Positions 35,895 through 48,720 of a stretch of DNA of 64,000 nt are shown here, piece after piece. The notes beneath the pieces were generated by a model, which worked only from the letters and a program-made list of their open reading frames with translations, ran no database searches and was not told the DNA's origin. Each line of letters opens with the position of its first letter. Within the stretch, counting starts at the first letter, position 1. Position numbers and translations under genes: made by a program. Source of the DNA: Botryllus schlosseri (taxonomy: Eukaryota); the NCBI GenBank assembly GCA_051294905.1, contig CM119371.1, positions 37,140,001 through 37,204,000 of the forward strand. The letters are read 5' to 3'.

Positions 35895-37332
35895 CACTCG
35901 TCAACACATATTTTTAGGCAGACAAAGTAAGAGTGGTTTTGGCGGTTCTCAGGGGCACTGATTCCGAATATGACCCAAGTTTTTCCAAATTGGCTCTTGT
36001 TGTGGAAATAACCCATGGGGCTATTTTGACCAAAATCCTCCATTTTTGCGGTACTGACTAGATATAAAATCGGCTCAATCGTACTATAAAGTTTAGAAAA
36101 TCAATATTCTAGTTATTTTTACACGCAGAAGACCCTTTTAAATCAAAATACCGCAACAGCACTATATTTAGGGGTAATAGATTGATCATAGTTACAGATT
36201 TTCACGGATATCATGTACTTAAATAAACTCCAGTCATGTACATAAGTATTTACCTAGATGCTCAAATAACGTGGCAATAATTCAATCAGTTTTAAGTCAA
36301 CCACTTATTGTAAATTTGAAATAATCAGTTGGAATATAATATTATTGATATATTTTAATTCAGAATTGTTTTTTTTGTAAGATTTTTGCCTGTAAGCTAT
36401 TTAGTGCAGTTTCTTGAAAGGTTCCGGCAATGGTCTGACATAATATGTTCAATTGTTCATCTCATCTGCCCTGATTTCTTTCTTTCGTTGTTCTGATGTC
36501 TTTGTAGAACCTCTCCCCTTGCTTATCAACAAGATGATCAGGAAGTATATCCAGATTTCTGAACAGGAAGTGAACTTTTATGCTCATGTTTGTGCTCAAG
36601 TGTTCGATATGCAGATACGAATTTTCGGACCAACTGTTTGTGGTTGGGTGCTTTATGATCATCAGAAAAGTTTTAGTTACTAAATCTTGGCAGAAATTTC
36701 AGGCAGTGAACTCCTTCCTAATGTGAAATTGGAATCTTTCATCGGTATTCGAATATGCCAGATACCAGACTTGAGCTTCTCGTTTGATAGGGTTACTACT
36801 TACTAGGTATACCCATTCACGTTGTTGACTCAGCGAAAAATTATCCATTTACCAGTCAAAAAAAAGGAGACGCATATGAGTATTGTAGTTAGCCTTCCAT
36901 GGACAAATTTTATAGTTTGATACTCCTCTTTAATCTTGGTAGAATAACCAATTGATACAGGAGAATATGAATTTCTGTTGTGCAAAAGTACAATTTTCAT
37001 GCTTGACAAATTGCATTTTTGACAAACAAATCTTTCGCATCATGTCATGTTAATATTGATAGAATGACTGAGAATGACATGAGGGTTCTTCATAGTCAAT
37101 TAGTTATTTATGCGCAGTATAAAATTTGAAAAAGCTACGATTTTCTTCCTATCAAGTGAAATATTTGAGGGTAAATACAATATTTTGGGCTTTTTTAGGG
37201 GTATATATATCTTCTGACAAAGAGCCAATCTGACAAAACTAATGTGATATTCCTAATCAGCAACCTCAAAAACCCCAGAAACGGCTCTCAGATGTTCTGC
37301 CTAAAAAAAAATTTTAATTTTGTTGACCAGTG
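35895..37332 (-). mobile_element. Chapaev3-like (CMC superfamily) deletion derivative with transposase remnant
   Basis: Ends cactcgtcaac / gttgaccagtg flanked by taa/tta; minus-strand NMSIKVHFLFRNLDILPDHLVDKQGERFYKDIRTTKERNQGR resembles the recalled MSxKxHFL...EQGERFHQD motif. Confidence 0.75.
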
Positions 37333-37669
37333 TTATAAATCCAATTTTTTCTATCGTAGGAATGTCGCTTCTACCGGTTGGAATCAAGCCAAATTTGGTG
37401 TGCAGTGTTTTGTTAGCCAACCTAACAATTTTGTCATGTAGCCAGTGAAATTTGAAGAAAAATGATTCTTGTTGTTGAACTCCCTGACGCACAAATTAGT
37501 ATTTCAGCATTCATAGACTTTGAAATAGATATAGTATATGAAACATACTACTTGATCAAGTGAAACTAGTAAATAAATCCACCCGAGTACTACGGAAAAG
37601 CAGAATTACTAACTAATGACCTCTTCTAGTGGGACAATAGATGTGTCAAGCGTGATAAGGGGTGATAAG

Positions 37670-38559
37670 TAGGGCAATTTTTTTTTTGACATGTTAAAAA
37701 AAGTCAAAATTAGGTCAAAATTGTAGCGTTAAGTCAAAATTAGGTCAAAATTGTTTAAAAAGTTGAAACTTTTTTGCAACCTGCATTTCGTTTGTATAGT
37801 AGATTTTGCACTGTCGGTGAACTTATTATTTGACATTTTACAGCTTGTAGCCTACTTTATAGGCCTACTGTTGTAGACGGCCCATGGTCTGCTCATTGTG
37901 AATCATAAACATTCAAATGAAACAAATAGGCTGATGTGGTGTTTGGTCAATGTGCCTCAATATCCTAACTGAAGCAAGACTGCGTGGGCATTGCATGGTT
38001 CTTATATCAAGAAACGCATGATGAAAAATTGTGATGTAGATAGCATTTTCAAAATGAAGCAACATGGTGTGTCACCAGCAGTGTACGCACAACTTCAGTG
38101 CTGTCAGCCAAAAAGGCAACAACTGCTGCTGTTGATCGTTCTTTCTCCATTTTTGGCAAGCTACTTAGTAAGGACAGACACTTTCTACCCGAGAATGTAG
38201 GAAAGTTTTTTTCGTTGTACTACAACAAATTTTAATTATTTCTACCATAATTCGTGATGTAACTACTGGAATTCTTCATTGGGCCAGATTTCGTCGAAAT
38301 ACTAGTTTTTTCATCTAAAAATATGTCAGTTTTCAAGCCAAAAAAGTGTTTTAGGCCTAAATACTTCATAAGGACAGACAGTTCCAACCAGAAATGAAGA
38401 TAAGTAGTACAATTTTCACAATAGGTGCGAAAACACCTAATTTGCATACGTGAGGTCAAAATTTGGTCAAAATTCAGTTTTTTTAGGGCAAAAAATGTCA
38501 AAATTTTGTTTTGTTAGGTCAAAATCTTCCGTTTTTTAGGTCAAAAAAAAATTGCCCTA
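37670..38559 (+). mobile_element. hAT deletion derivative with C-terminal transposase remnant
   Basis: TIR tagggcaattttttttt / aaaaaaaaattgcccta; TSD GTGATAAG at 37662-37669 and 38560-38567; remnant SPAVYAQLQCCQP~AAVDRSFSIFGKLLSKDRHFLPENVGKFFSLYYN. Confidence 0.88.
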
Positions 38560-39620
38560 GTGATAAGTGTTAGGTTTCAACTCGAGTCGAGTATTCGATT
38601 ATCACTCATTATGGCCTTTTATGCCACCACAATGACTATAATGCCAATTCTAGATCACATTCAAGATTTGGTATTTTTCAACCATACCGATGTGATTGCA
38701 CTTTGTGACGAAGCTGTGAGTGATCACGAATTCACAGATATGTCATTTCCACTAATGTGTGCAGCATAGTTGCTTAAGAATAACTTTTTTCGGATCCTGG
38801 GCAATCACAGATTAAATTGTTAGGTTGCCTAAAAAGACGCTGCTCACCAAATCTGGCTCAATTCCAACCAGTATACGTCGGCGCACGGCCAATTGAAATT
38901 TTTGACTCTATTATGAAAAATATAAATTCAAATTTTACTGTCGACTTCATGGAACTGTTTAGCTGTCTACAAAAACAAAACAAATTCTACGTAATCCCAG
39001 CTCATAGAAGCGAAATTATATTAGTTTTTCATTCATAAATCTGGGAGTATCCACCATCTATGCTATTTTCCAAATCCGAAATTTTCAGCTGCAATAACTT
39101 TGCTTCTACGGGTTGGACTAGCGTCAAATTTGTTTTGCATCGTTTCTGGAGACAGCTAATCAATTTCCTGCGGTTGATAAAATTTACTTGTTATAGTAAA
39201 TTCGAAAATTCAAATTGACTCTGCGTCAGCGTATACTGGTTGAAATTGAGCCAAATTTGGTATGAAGCGTATTTTAAGCAGTCTAATAACAGGATCAGTA
39301 AATCCTCGACATCCGAAAAAAAAGTTTTTTTTTAACAACCCTAGTGTACGGCGGTTTCATATACTACAATACGACTAATCCAGGTTTAAAGGCCTCCACG
39401 GAGGAAAATCGTATCGGAACTATAGAACGAGTCTGTATTTGTTTTTTCCAGCGAAAATACCAAATAAACAGGCGATATGATCAGTCGAGATTCACAGCCG
39501 TATGCAGTGTGAAAATTGCATTGCATGTAATTGGATATCTCAAATTTTAGCGACAAGATCATATAATTTCAGTGCTCGAAAATATCATATCTCACTATTC
39601 GACTCTAATCGTTAGAATTA

Positions 39621-40505
39621 CCGTAATTTTCCATGTATAATGCGCAAAATTTTACCGATTTTTTGCCCTAAAATAGGGGGGTGCTTATTATACATGGGTA
39701 CAGCAAGCCTTGAAAAAAAAATCCCTCGATCAAAATCTTGAAATCACGCCTCTCTTCATGTTTGTTTAGATCGCGGATCACCTCTAGCCATTGAGCCCCG
39801 TAATTCGTATTATCGAGTGTAACGCGCTGCCAAATAGAGAGTCATGTTGCCAATTAACGAAAAGCGTGTTTCTAATTAACGAGTGTCGTCTGCAAAGCAC
39901 GCGATCTCTTGCTGAGTTGATTTGCCGTTTGTACACGAGTGAAATTAGGTCGCTGAATGCTACTGGCGTGCGCGGCAATCCTTGTTGATTCATCGCGTCC
40001 TTGTTGATGCATCGCGTCAACGACAGGCCGTAACAATCTCATACACAAAAGGCCATGTACGCAAGATATAATCGCTTGGGTAATCAGTCGCATCTCCAAC
40101 TGGACTGGTGCGCCCGACATAACCGTTGGCCTAAGCAATCGCATCTGTAATTGTAATAGGCCACGTGCGCAAGATGTCGTGTGTCGCTAGCCTGGGCTAT
40201 CGCGTCGCCAACCTCAAAGGCTTTGGCTACTATCTACTCTCGTTTAGAGACAATGCCGTTAATTGTAATATGATTACTAATCACTGATACTAATCGTTGT
40301 TTGGCGATCATTATGTCATGATTGTTCGACAGTGACATCGCAAAACAGAACAACATCGAATACTAAACCGCAACTATTCATGTACTCATGTACTGCAAAT
40401 GCAGGGTACGTACTATACATGGGCACAGGCTTTTTCCCAGAATATACACGTCATTTTAAGGGTGCGTTTTATGCATGGGGGCGCACTATATTCGGAAAAT
40501 TACGG
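39621..40505. mobile_element. Tc1/mariner-pogo (Tigger-like) MITE upstream of ZF copy C
   Basis: TA-ccgtaattttcc ... ggaaaattacgg-TA; absent from the paralogous site upstream of copy B (~30378). Confidence 0.88.
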
Positions 40506-40765
40506 TAATACTCGATCCAGATTCGAGTACGGTTCTCGAGTCATTGTTCCCGGCCATAGTGATATAGTTGATTAGAGTTAACAGTCTTTGTTACAAACTC
40601 TGTTGGTAATTTGTGCCCAACATTTTGAGCCTAAAGGACTTCACGTAGGATGTTATCTCAATTGCTATATATACACAGTTCATTTAGTAGTGATCATATC
40701 AACAAGTGAGAGACACACAGACTCTAATATTCTAACGATTCATCATACCTTGAAATGACGTTTAG

Positions 40766-42180
40766 GTGATATTTACGAGAGTAGTGGAGGATTAGAGGAT
40801 ATGCATACTGTTGTCAAAAATCATGAATGTGTTGTGTGTGGGAAAGCATTTACTCAGAAATGGAACCTGAAGCTTCATATAGAGATGCATGCTGGCGTCA
40901 AGAACCATGAATGTAATGTTTGTGGAAAAGCTTTTACTCAGAAAGGAGGCCTGAAGCTTCATATGGAGATGCATGCTGGCGTCAAAAATCATGAATGTGC
41001 TGTGTGTGGAAAATCATTTACGCAGAAGGGTGACCTCAAGAATCATATGAAGATGCATGGTGGAGTCAAAGATCATGAATGTGCTGTGTGTGGGAAAGCA
41101 TTTACTCGGAAGGGAGACCAGAAGCTTCATATGGAGATGCATGCTGGCGTCAAAAATCATGAATGTGCTTTATGTGGAAAATCATTTACTCAGATGGGTA
41201 ACCTCAAATTTCATTTGGACATGCATGCTGGCGTCAAGAACCATGAATGTGATGTGTGTGGCAAAGCTTTTACTCTGAAGCAAGTCCTCAAGTGTCATAT
41301 GGACATGCATGCTGGCGTCAAAGTTCATGCATGTGCTGTCTGTGGAAAATCATTTACCCAGAAGGGTCACCTCAAGCGTCATATGGAGCTTCATGCTGGC
41401 ATCAAAAATCATGAATGTGATGTCTGTGGAAAAGCATTTACTCACAAGGTTAGCCTCAAGCTTCATATGGAGATACATGCTGGCATCAAAAATCATGAAT
41501 GCGCTGTATGTGGAAAAGCATTTATTCTGAAGGGTAGCCTCAAGCGTCATAAGGAGATGCATGTTGGCGTAAAATATCATGAATGTGCAGTGTGTGGAAA
41601 ATCATTTACTCTACAGAGTAGCCTTAAGCGTCATATGAAGTTGCATGCTGGCGTCAAAAATCATGGATGTGCTGTGTGTGGGAAGGCATTTACTGAGAAG
41701 GGTCACCTGAAGCTTCATATGAAGATGCATGTTGGCGTCAAGAATCATGGATGTAGTGTGTGTGGCAAAGCTTTTACTCAGAAGGGAGGCCTCAAGCTTC
41801 ATATGGACATGCATTCTGGCATCAAAAATCATGAATGTACTGTATGTGGAAAAGCTTTTATTCTGAAGGGTAGCCTCGAGCGTCATAAGGAGATGCATGT
41901 TGGCGTAAAATATCATGAATGTGCAGTGTGTGGAAAATCATTTACTCTACAGAGTAGCCTTAAGCGTCATATGAAGTTGCATGTTGGCGTCAAAAACCAT
42001 GAATGTAGTGTGTGTGGCAAAGCTTTTACTCGGAAGGGAGGCCTCAAGCTTCATATGGACATGCATTCTGGCATCAAAAATCATGAATGTGCTGTGTGTG
42101 GGAAAGCATTTACCCATAAAGGTAACCTCAAGCCTCATATCAAGATGCATGTTGGCATCAAAAATCATGAATGTGACTGA
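40766..42180 (+). CDS. C2H2 zinc-finger array exon, copy C (16 intact tandem fingers)
   Basis: Acceptor tttAG at 40764-65; frame open from the acceptor (GT GAT ATT TAC GAG...: DIYESSGGLEDMH); ORF 40801-42180 contains 16 CxxC-x12-HxxxH units; a ~20-nt deletion in finger 17 creates the stop. Confidence 0.9.
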
Positions 42181-42210
42181 GAAGACAACCCTTACCGGAC
42201 ATATGTGCAT

Positions 42211-42578
42211 CAGGGATCAAACTTCAATCTTATTGTGTAAAGTGCTTTTGATTGTTTTGCAAAGAATCACCTCATGCGTTTGAATAGCAAACCGATGCTT
42301 GAGGAGGCACGGAAGAAAAATTTTCGCAAGATCCGTAAACTGACCTCGAAGGCTTCTGCTCAATGCTAGGCCAGTGTTCGATTTCCCATTTTGACGTCAC
42401 CATCACAACTGTGACATCCTGGTCATTATTTTTATGTTGTTTCCTAATAAACATGAACAAAACACATGTCCTGGATGTTTTCTCAGTACTCTTTCTAGGT
42501 ACATGGTTGCATCGACATCGGCCTGCTATCGGTCGCTCCTTAAAACCGTGTCCCATCCCGAAGTTCTAGATATCCCTG
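42211..42578. mobile_element. Short DNA element (hAT-like) inserted in the decayed last finger of copy C
   Basis: Ends cagggat / atccctg; TSD ATGTGCAT at 42203-42210 and 42579-42586; absent from copies A and B. Confidence 0.8.
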
Positions 42579-45169
42579 ATGTGCATGCATGCTTGCATGA
42601 AAAATCGTAAATGTGGTATATGAGGGAAGGCATTTACTCAGAAGAGTCACTTCGAACTCCGTATGATTATCCTTGCTGACATCAAAAATCTTGTCTGCAA
42701 TATTGACAATAAAGCTCGAACATGCCACAGACAAGATGGCCGTGGCCTAGTGGCGTTACAGTCCAAATATAACTCATACGTAATGCCGTCCAGTCGCTGG
42801 CATGCATTATCTGTTTACGAAAGCGACCAGCAATCGCTGGCTGCAACTGCGCACTCATCCGTTAATCACGTGTTGCGCATCTATCTGTAGGTTTGTTATC
42901 TGAAGTCGAACGCTTCGAAGACACTCACCCGCGTCTGGCGTCTGAGCGGGTTCAACTTCTGTTGCACTCACGGGCATAGTCGTATTGAACTTACTGGACG
43001 CCAAATACCCATGTTCAAAGTCCATTTCTGGTGAACTCCCGACTAATCTATTTTCGACATACCGGTATCAGCTTACTATGTGCACCGAAATCACGAGGAG
43101 TTTTGTTATGAACAGGTACTGGGAGTCAACATGATCGCTTGAACTCACTAATGAATTTCGTCATTAATATCAGTAGTTTCATATAATACATCGAATTTTA
43201 AATGTTGAAGGGGGTGTTTTCAAAAATATAGGGCAAGTTATGAATGGTGATACATCTTCGGACTTTTTGCATGCTGTATTTTCTTGATCTCCCATTTTTC
43301 TCTGCTGTTTGCATCTGTCCTGTGGAAACAGGCGCGTAGACGGGGGTGCGGGGGAATCGGTGACCAATATCCGCCGCTCCCAAGCTCAGATATCCCTCCT
43401 CTTGAATCCAAAATCTAGCTACTATATTAAAATCGAAAATTTAACGAAGTCGTAATTAATCGCGCATAGCCCGAACGAAATCTCTTTTTCAATTAAAATC
43501 TCTCAAAAATTCGGGAGCAAATTCACAAATTCAATTTGCATGCTGACGGCCGCCAACACATACTAAGTGAATTATGTGTTGACGGCCGCTGGAAATTCTG
43601 TCTACGGCCGCAGATTGCAGGCTTGTAACAAAGTCACAAGGTTCCGAATCGCATGATAATAGACGAGATACCAATATTGTGTTAACTTTACTATTCTTCG
43701 AAGTTACAATGAAATATCTGTCCTTGCCGTCCTAGTGACGAGTCAGTCACTAAAATATTTGGACTCAAGTCGAGTCATTACAACCCTGGCAGGCTTCTCA
43801 GCCCTGATCGAGAGTATTGATTTACAGTGCTTTACAACAAGAGTTTCACATGACATGCTGTTGTGTTTCAAATTGCCATATATATTGTGTTGCCGTTGTT
43901 GCAGATTAGTTATAGTCGTCGAGAATTCAAAAGTTCTGCATACAGAATAACGTGACAATGACTGGCTATGCTGCTGCATCAGCCCTTTATAGCGGTAGTG
44001 TTTCACATAGGGCAAGCATATACGAAAGTTGGGATTGCTGCAGACTCGACGCCCCACTGTTCTGAAAATCCATGGTGAGTTGATGAATGCCGAGTTGCGC
44101 TATACCAGTGCTTTTCAACCTTTTTGAGCTTCATTCGCACTTTTTTTGTAAAATAAATTTCATTTGCACAAACTAACCGAATATTATTATACAAAAGAAG
44201 AGGAAAATACAACATTTATTTTTACAGATGTGCAACAAATTGGTTCCAATCTATCTTAAGCTATCAAGTATGTCATTAAATAGGCTACTATTTTCGCTTG
44301 TTTTGATTTCAACTATTTCACTAAAACCCTTTTACTATAGTGTTTGGATGACCAGGTCTTGAAGTCTGTTCTGCACTCCTATCCAACATACAGCGTATTT
44401 TTCAAGAGTGAAAAATGCTTGCTGGACAAAATCGATTTTCAGATCTGAAAAAGAAGTCTAGGAGGCTCCTGTATGTCGGAAGTGTGAATAACTCGACTGT
44501 TTGTGTTGAGGCTAAAGCCTTATGTCTTGGAATATAAGGTCAAAATGATCAAGGAGAGTAGGCACATTTGAGCTCACTACCTTATGACACGCTGCTACAA
44601 CTTGTTTATCGCTTTCCCATTTTATGTCACGCGAGAATGTGGTAATAGCAAATAAACTCACGATACTGGGTGTTCTGCACTTTAGCTCAATCTAGCTTGA
44701 GATTTCATTACTGTTTAATAACGTTATAGCAGTTATTTAGGGTGGAGGCCAAAAAGCTGAGTAAAAACATCCTGGATTTTCGCTTAATCTGCGAGTTCCA
44801 AGATCTCCCGATTTAGAAGTAGACTATCCGCACGCCAAAATATTGGATGTTCGTGCGAAGTTAGTAGATCTACAAATCCAGGATGTAGGACGCTATTGCG
44901 TCAAAATGACGCAAAATGTAGTGATCCGTGGAAGGTTGCCATGTCAATCAATCGACTTCGTAGTAAATATTGCTTCAATGGCAATGCTGATTGGAAATGT
45001 TGTCGATTTTGGTCATGTGCTATGAATGCCGTCGTTTCCTAGGTAGACTTATGGAATTGATTTGAAGCCACTTTGCAGCTTTAATGCATATTACTCAGTA
45101 GTTTATTCACAGTTATAAGTTCTAAAGACGGCATTGCAAACTGGTACTGTTGTTATTACTGTCTGTAGT

Positions 45170-46115
45170 ATGGATATTTTGGACATCGTAGATGTCAGTT
45201 CGGACAACGAGAATACAATTGTTATGCCCAGGCATTACTTGGCAGACATATCGGACTCATTTGTAAAATACCAAGAAAATGAATTCGACGATGACCGCTA
45301 CAGATTTTACAAGGGAGCTACGGTAATTCTATTGGACATGATTAAAGACAGCCCATGGTTGGATGTACGGTGCCAAGCTTTGCACCCCATGATGCAATTA
45401 CTCTGTGCTCTCCGATTTTTTGCTTCGTCGTTTTCAACAAACAGATGCTGATTTGATTGGTGTGTAAGCCGGACAACTGCACGCCGAATAATCCACTGCA
45501 TTTCTCGGGCATTATCAGAGAATAGAGAAAATTTATCCCACGATTGGATGATTCGTTACCAACAAAGAGTGATTTCTTTGACATACTGGAGTTCCAAATG
45601 TCATCGGTTGCATTGATGGTACCCATATCCCAATAAAGTCCCCAGGTGGCTCTGTACCAGAAAATTTATCGTTGCAGGAAGGAATATTTTTCTTCGAACT
45701 GTCAAATGGACTGCAATGCCAAGAGAATACCGGTAGTGACTATTGCTGTTGTGCTGGGAGACAAAGGCTCTATGCTCTAAAAATGTACCTGATGACTCCA
45801 TTAACAAATCCACAGCTTGCACAAGAAAAAAAATACAGCTATATGTACTCAAAGACATGCATGCTGATCGAGCAATGCTTTTGCGTTCTGAAACAGCGTT
45901 TCCAGATGTTGCTAAATCCTATGCGAATGCAAATCGAAAACACTGTCCTGGCAATAATTGCAACCATATGTTTGCACAATTTTGCTACAAAAACCAATGA
46001 GCCAGTTCCTGATATTGCAGTTACTCCCGAGGAAGCTACGGATATAACATCTGAAGTTATATACACTAACGCAATAGCCTATCTTGAAAATAAGATCAAC
46101 ACATATTTCTACTAA
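45170..46115 (+). pseudogene. Harbinger transposase (HARBI1-like DDE nuclease), frameshifted and internally deleted
   Basis: RYRF...QLLCALRFFAS, VIGCIDGTHIPIKSP, LMTPLTNP...LIEQCFCVLKQRFQML...ICLHNF, spread over several frames. Confidence 0.88.
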
Positions 46116-46754
46116 TTATGTTTATTTTAAAATTTTAACGAACACAGTAAACCGTGCTGGTGTAAAAATAATAAAGAGAATGAAATGTGCATGACTTCGT
46201 GGAATGAAAGATTTAACTAAAATTGCACTGTAGGTAATAAACAAAGAGCAGTGTCCCATTATTTGTATTCAAATTGACAAATATGAATTGAAAAAATGTA
46301 CCAAAATATTTGCGCCATCGACAATACCTATAAGGCGAGGAACACTTGGCAGGCGGGCACAATGAAATATTATAAAGAAATGTTGCATTTCAAAAATGTG
46401 CACCGTCAATAATACCTATAGCAATATTCCCTCTAAGATACTCAAATGTGCAGTGCTGACATGGTCTCTGCGCACAGAAAATCCAAGTTGCGCACGAAAA
46501 AATCCGAAGTGATGACTTTTTTTACAGACGTTTACGCACTGTTGTCCAAGGGTCTGTAGTGAGTTGCTGAGTGTGCGCAAACTCGTCGAAAATTAGAGGG
46601 GACGGGCAGGCAGGCACAATGCAGGCAGGCAGGGACAATGAAATATTATAAAGAAATGCAGCTTTTCAGAAAATGAGTATTCGGCTATTTACATAACTTG
46701 ACAGGAAGGCACAAAGAAATAATTGAACACAGAAATATTGCATTACAGATGTCA

Positions 46755-48720
46755 CTAATTCCTCAATTGTCCAAGTTCTAATCTATATTTTTCCATTTTT
46801 ATCGCATGTTCTTCGATACGCATTTCGAATTCTTGCTTTCTGAAATATCTTTCTTCGTCTCTCATGTCTTTTCTTTCTTTGAGCTCCTCAATCTTTGACA
46901 CCACCAGTTTAATTCTCAGCTCATTGTTTTTCTGAATTAAAAGAAGTTCATAGTGACTCTGCGATGAGGTAGTAACCTATGATTAAACTAAAACTTGTAT
47001 TAGGAAGCTAATCACAAAGAAATCATTTGGAAATTCTCCCTGCCTTGTTGGCTGATATTTTTTCCTCTAATGGCTGATATCAATATCTGTTTCCAAGTGG
47101 GGTATCCATTCGATATGAGCGGTGAACCAATAATCGGTCAGTCTCTAGTCATTAAAAGCTTGTAATTCTGCAACCAGCTGATCATAAAGTGCAGAATTGG
47201 TAGTTTTCATTGTATTGTATATGTATACTAGAGGCCGACTGATATTGGAGTTTTGGGCCGATACCGATAAAACCAATATCTAACCCCTTCACCGATAACG
47301 ATAACCACTATAGCCTATATTCAAATTGTGTGGAATACCTTAAAATGCGCATTTGAAAACCTTCAGGGCATCTCTTTGAACAGCTTTACAGCCAATGCTA
47401 TACTTGGACAGGAAATAAACTAGAAAGGGTGTATCAGGACACCTGTAAAGTGTAATATATGTGAAATATATCAATATTCTCAGTCTAGTGGTCAAAGATT
47501 ATAGTTTATGGACTTCCTATCACCATGCTGTGACCTCACGAAAACTGCCCATATATATTTATTTCCAATGGCCGATACCAATAATTCTTCCAAAGAGTGA
47601 TATCGAGTCTATATTATCGGCAAAGCGATATAATCGGTCAGGCTCCATTGTATACCATCTTATATCAATTGTTACAGGATTGTAACTATGTGTATTGCAC
47701 TGGTAATCAGCAATCTTTCGAGCAGTCAAACACCATTTCCAAACTCTATCGTTCGCAGATACACTTCACTAGCAAACTCAGTACAATGTGGGAATTCTTT
47801 ACATAACAATAGTTGGGGCAGTGGAGCAAAAGTTTGCCAAACTGCAAGATTGTATATTTTGAAATATCAACCCGACATGAAATTCAAATGAGTTTAAGCT
47901 ACATACCAGGTGGCAGATCGGCAGATCACTTGTCTTGACTGCGATTCCATGTAGCTTGTTTCTGGAAAACATGTGAATGTTTCAGAAGGATTTGAGGCTA
48001 TACGTATATTTACATATGCACAATGCAAATGCATATTTGCTTCAGTATGGTGGAAAATACTGAAACCGATCATTTGGCGACCAGCAAAAAATCTCATTTT
48101 AAAATCGCTGAATGTTATGACAAGAACGTTTGATATCGTGAATGCATTCCCTTGAATCACTGGATAAGAATTCGATATAATATACATCTACACTCATACA
48201 ACTGATATGTTAGCAAAAAGTAGTGATGAAAATAACAAGAGTTGCCTCAGACACGAACCGATCATCATCATGGGGAACACTTCTCGATGCGGTCAATATA
48301 TCGAACAAGTTCTCATTACTCTCTCGCAATATAACTTACATGATTGATTTTCTGCAGTAACTACAGACAATACGGTGGAATCACTTTTAAAATGATGTTC
48401 AAGTGGCTGATCCTATGCTGGTATGACATCTCTATAAAATTTACTGATATGCGCCACATTATGGATATAATCAATGTCTACAAATTTACCTTGAAATAAA
48501 TAGCACCATCACCGGGTCAGATACCATATCTTCAGTCACTCTTCCAATTGAATGTTCTGTCTTCAGTCACTCTTCCAATTGAATGTTCTGAAGGCCATAA
48601 CAGGCATTTTCAGTTTGGGCACTTTCTGTTGTTTTGAAGCAACCTTCAATTACTGTTCTGTTCTTTTGCCATGTTTGGCGATGTAGCATTTCACGGCTTG
48701 GTTGATTGTATCCAATGCAA
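46755..48720 (-). pseudogene. Harbinger second gene remnant (Myb/SANT-like N-terminus, coiled-coil last exon)
   Basis: Open terminal exon 46976-46755 after an AG acceptor (VTTSSQSHYELLLIQKNNELRIKLVVSKIEELKERK...LELGQLRN*); frameshifted DTINQAV~NATSPNMA~KRTEQ*LKVA near 48640-48715; convergent with the nuclease gene. Confidence 0.55.

Noticed and set aside
40766..42180. Calling the zinc-finger gene PRDM9 or a KRAB-ZFP
   Set aside because: The array behaviour is similar, but no SET, KRAB or SSXRD exon is visible and the linker differs.
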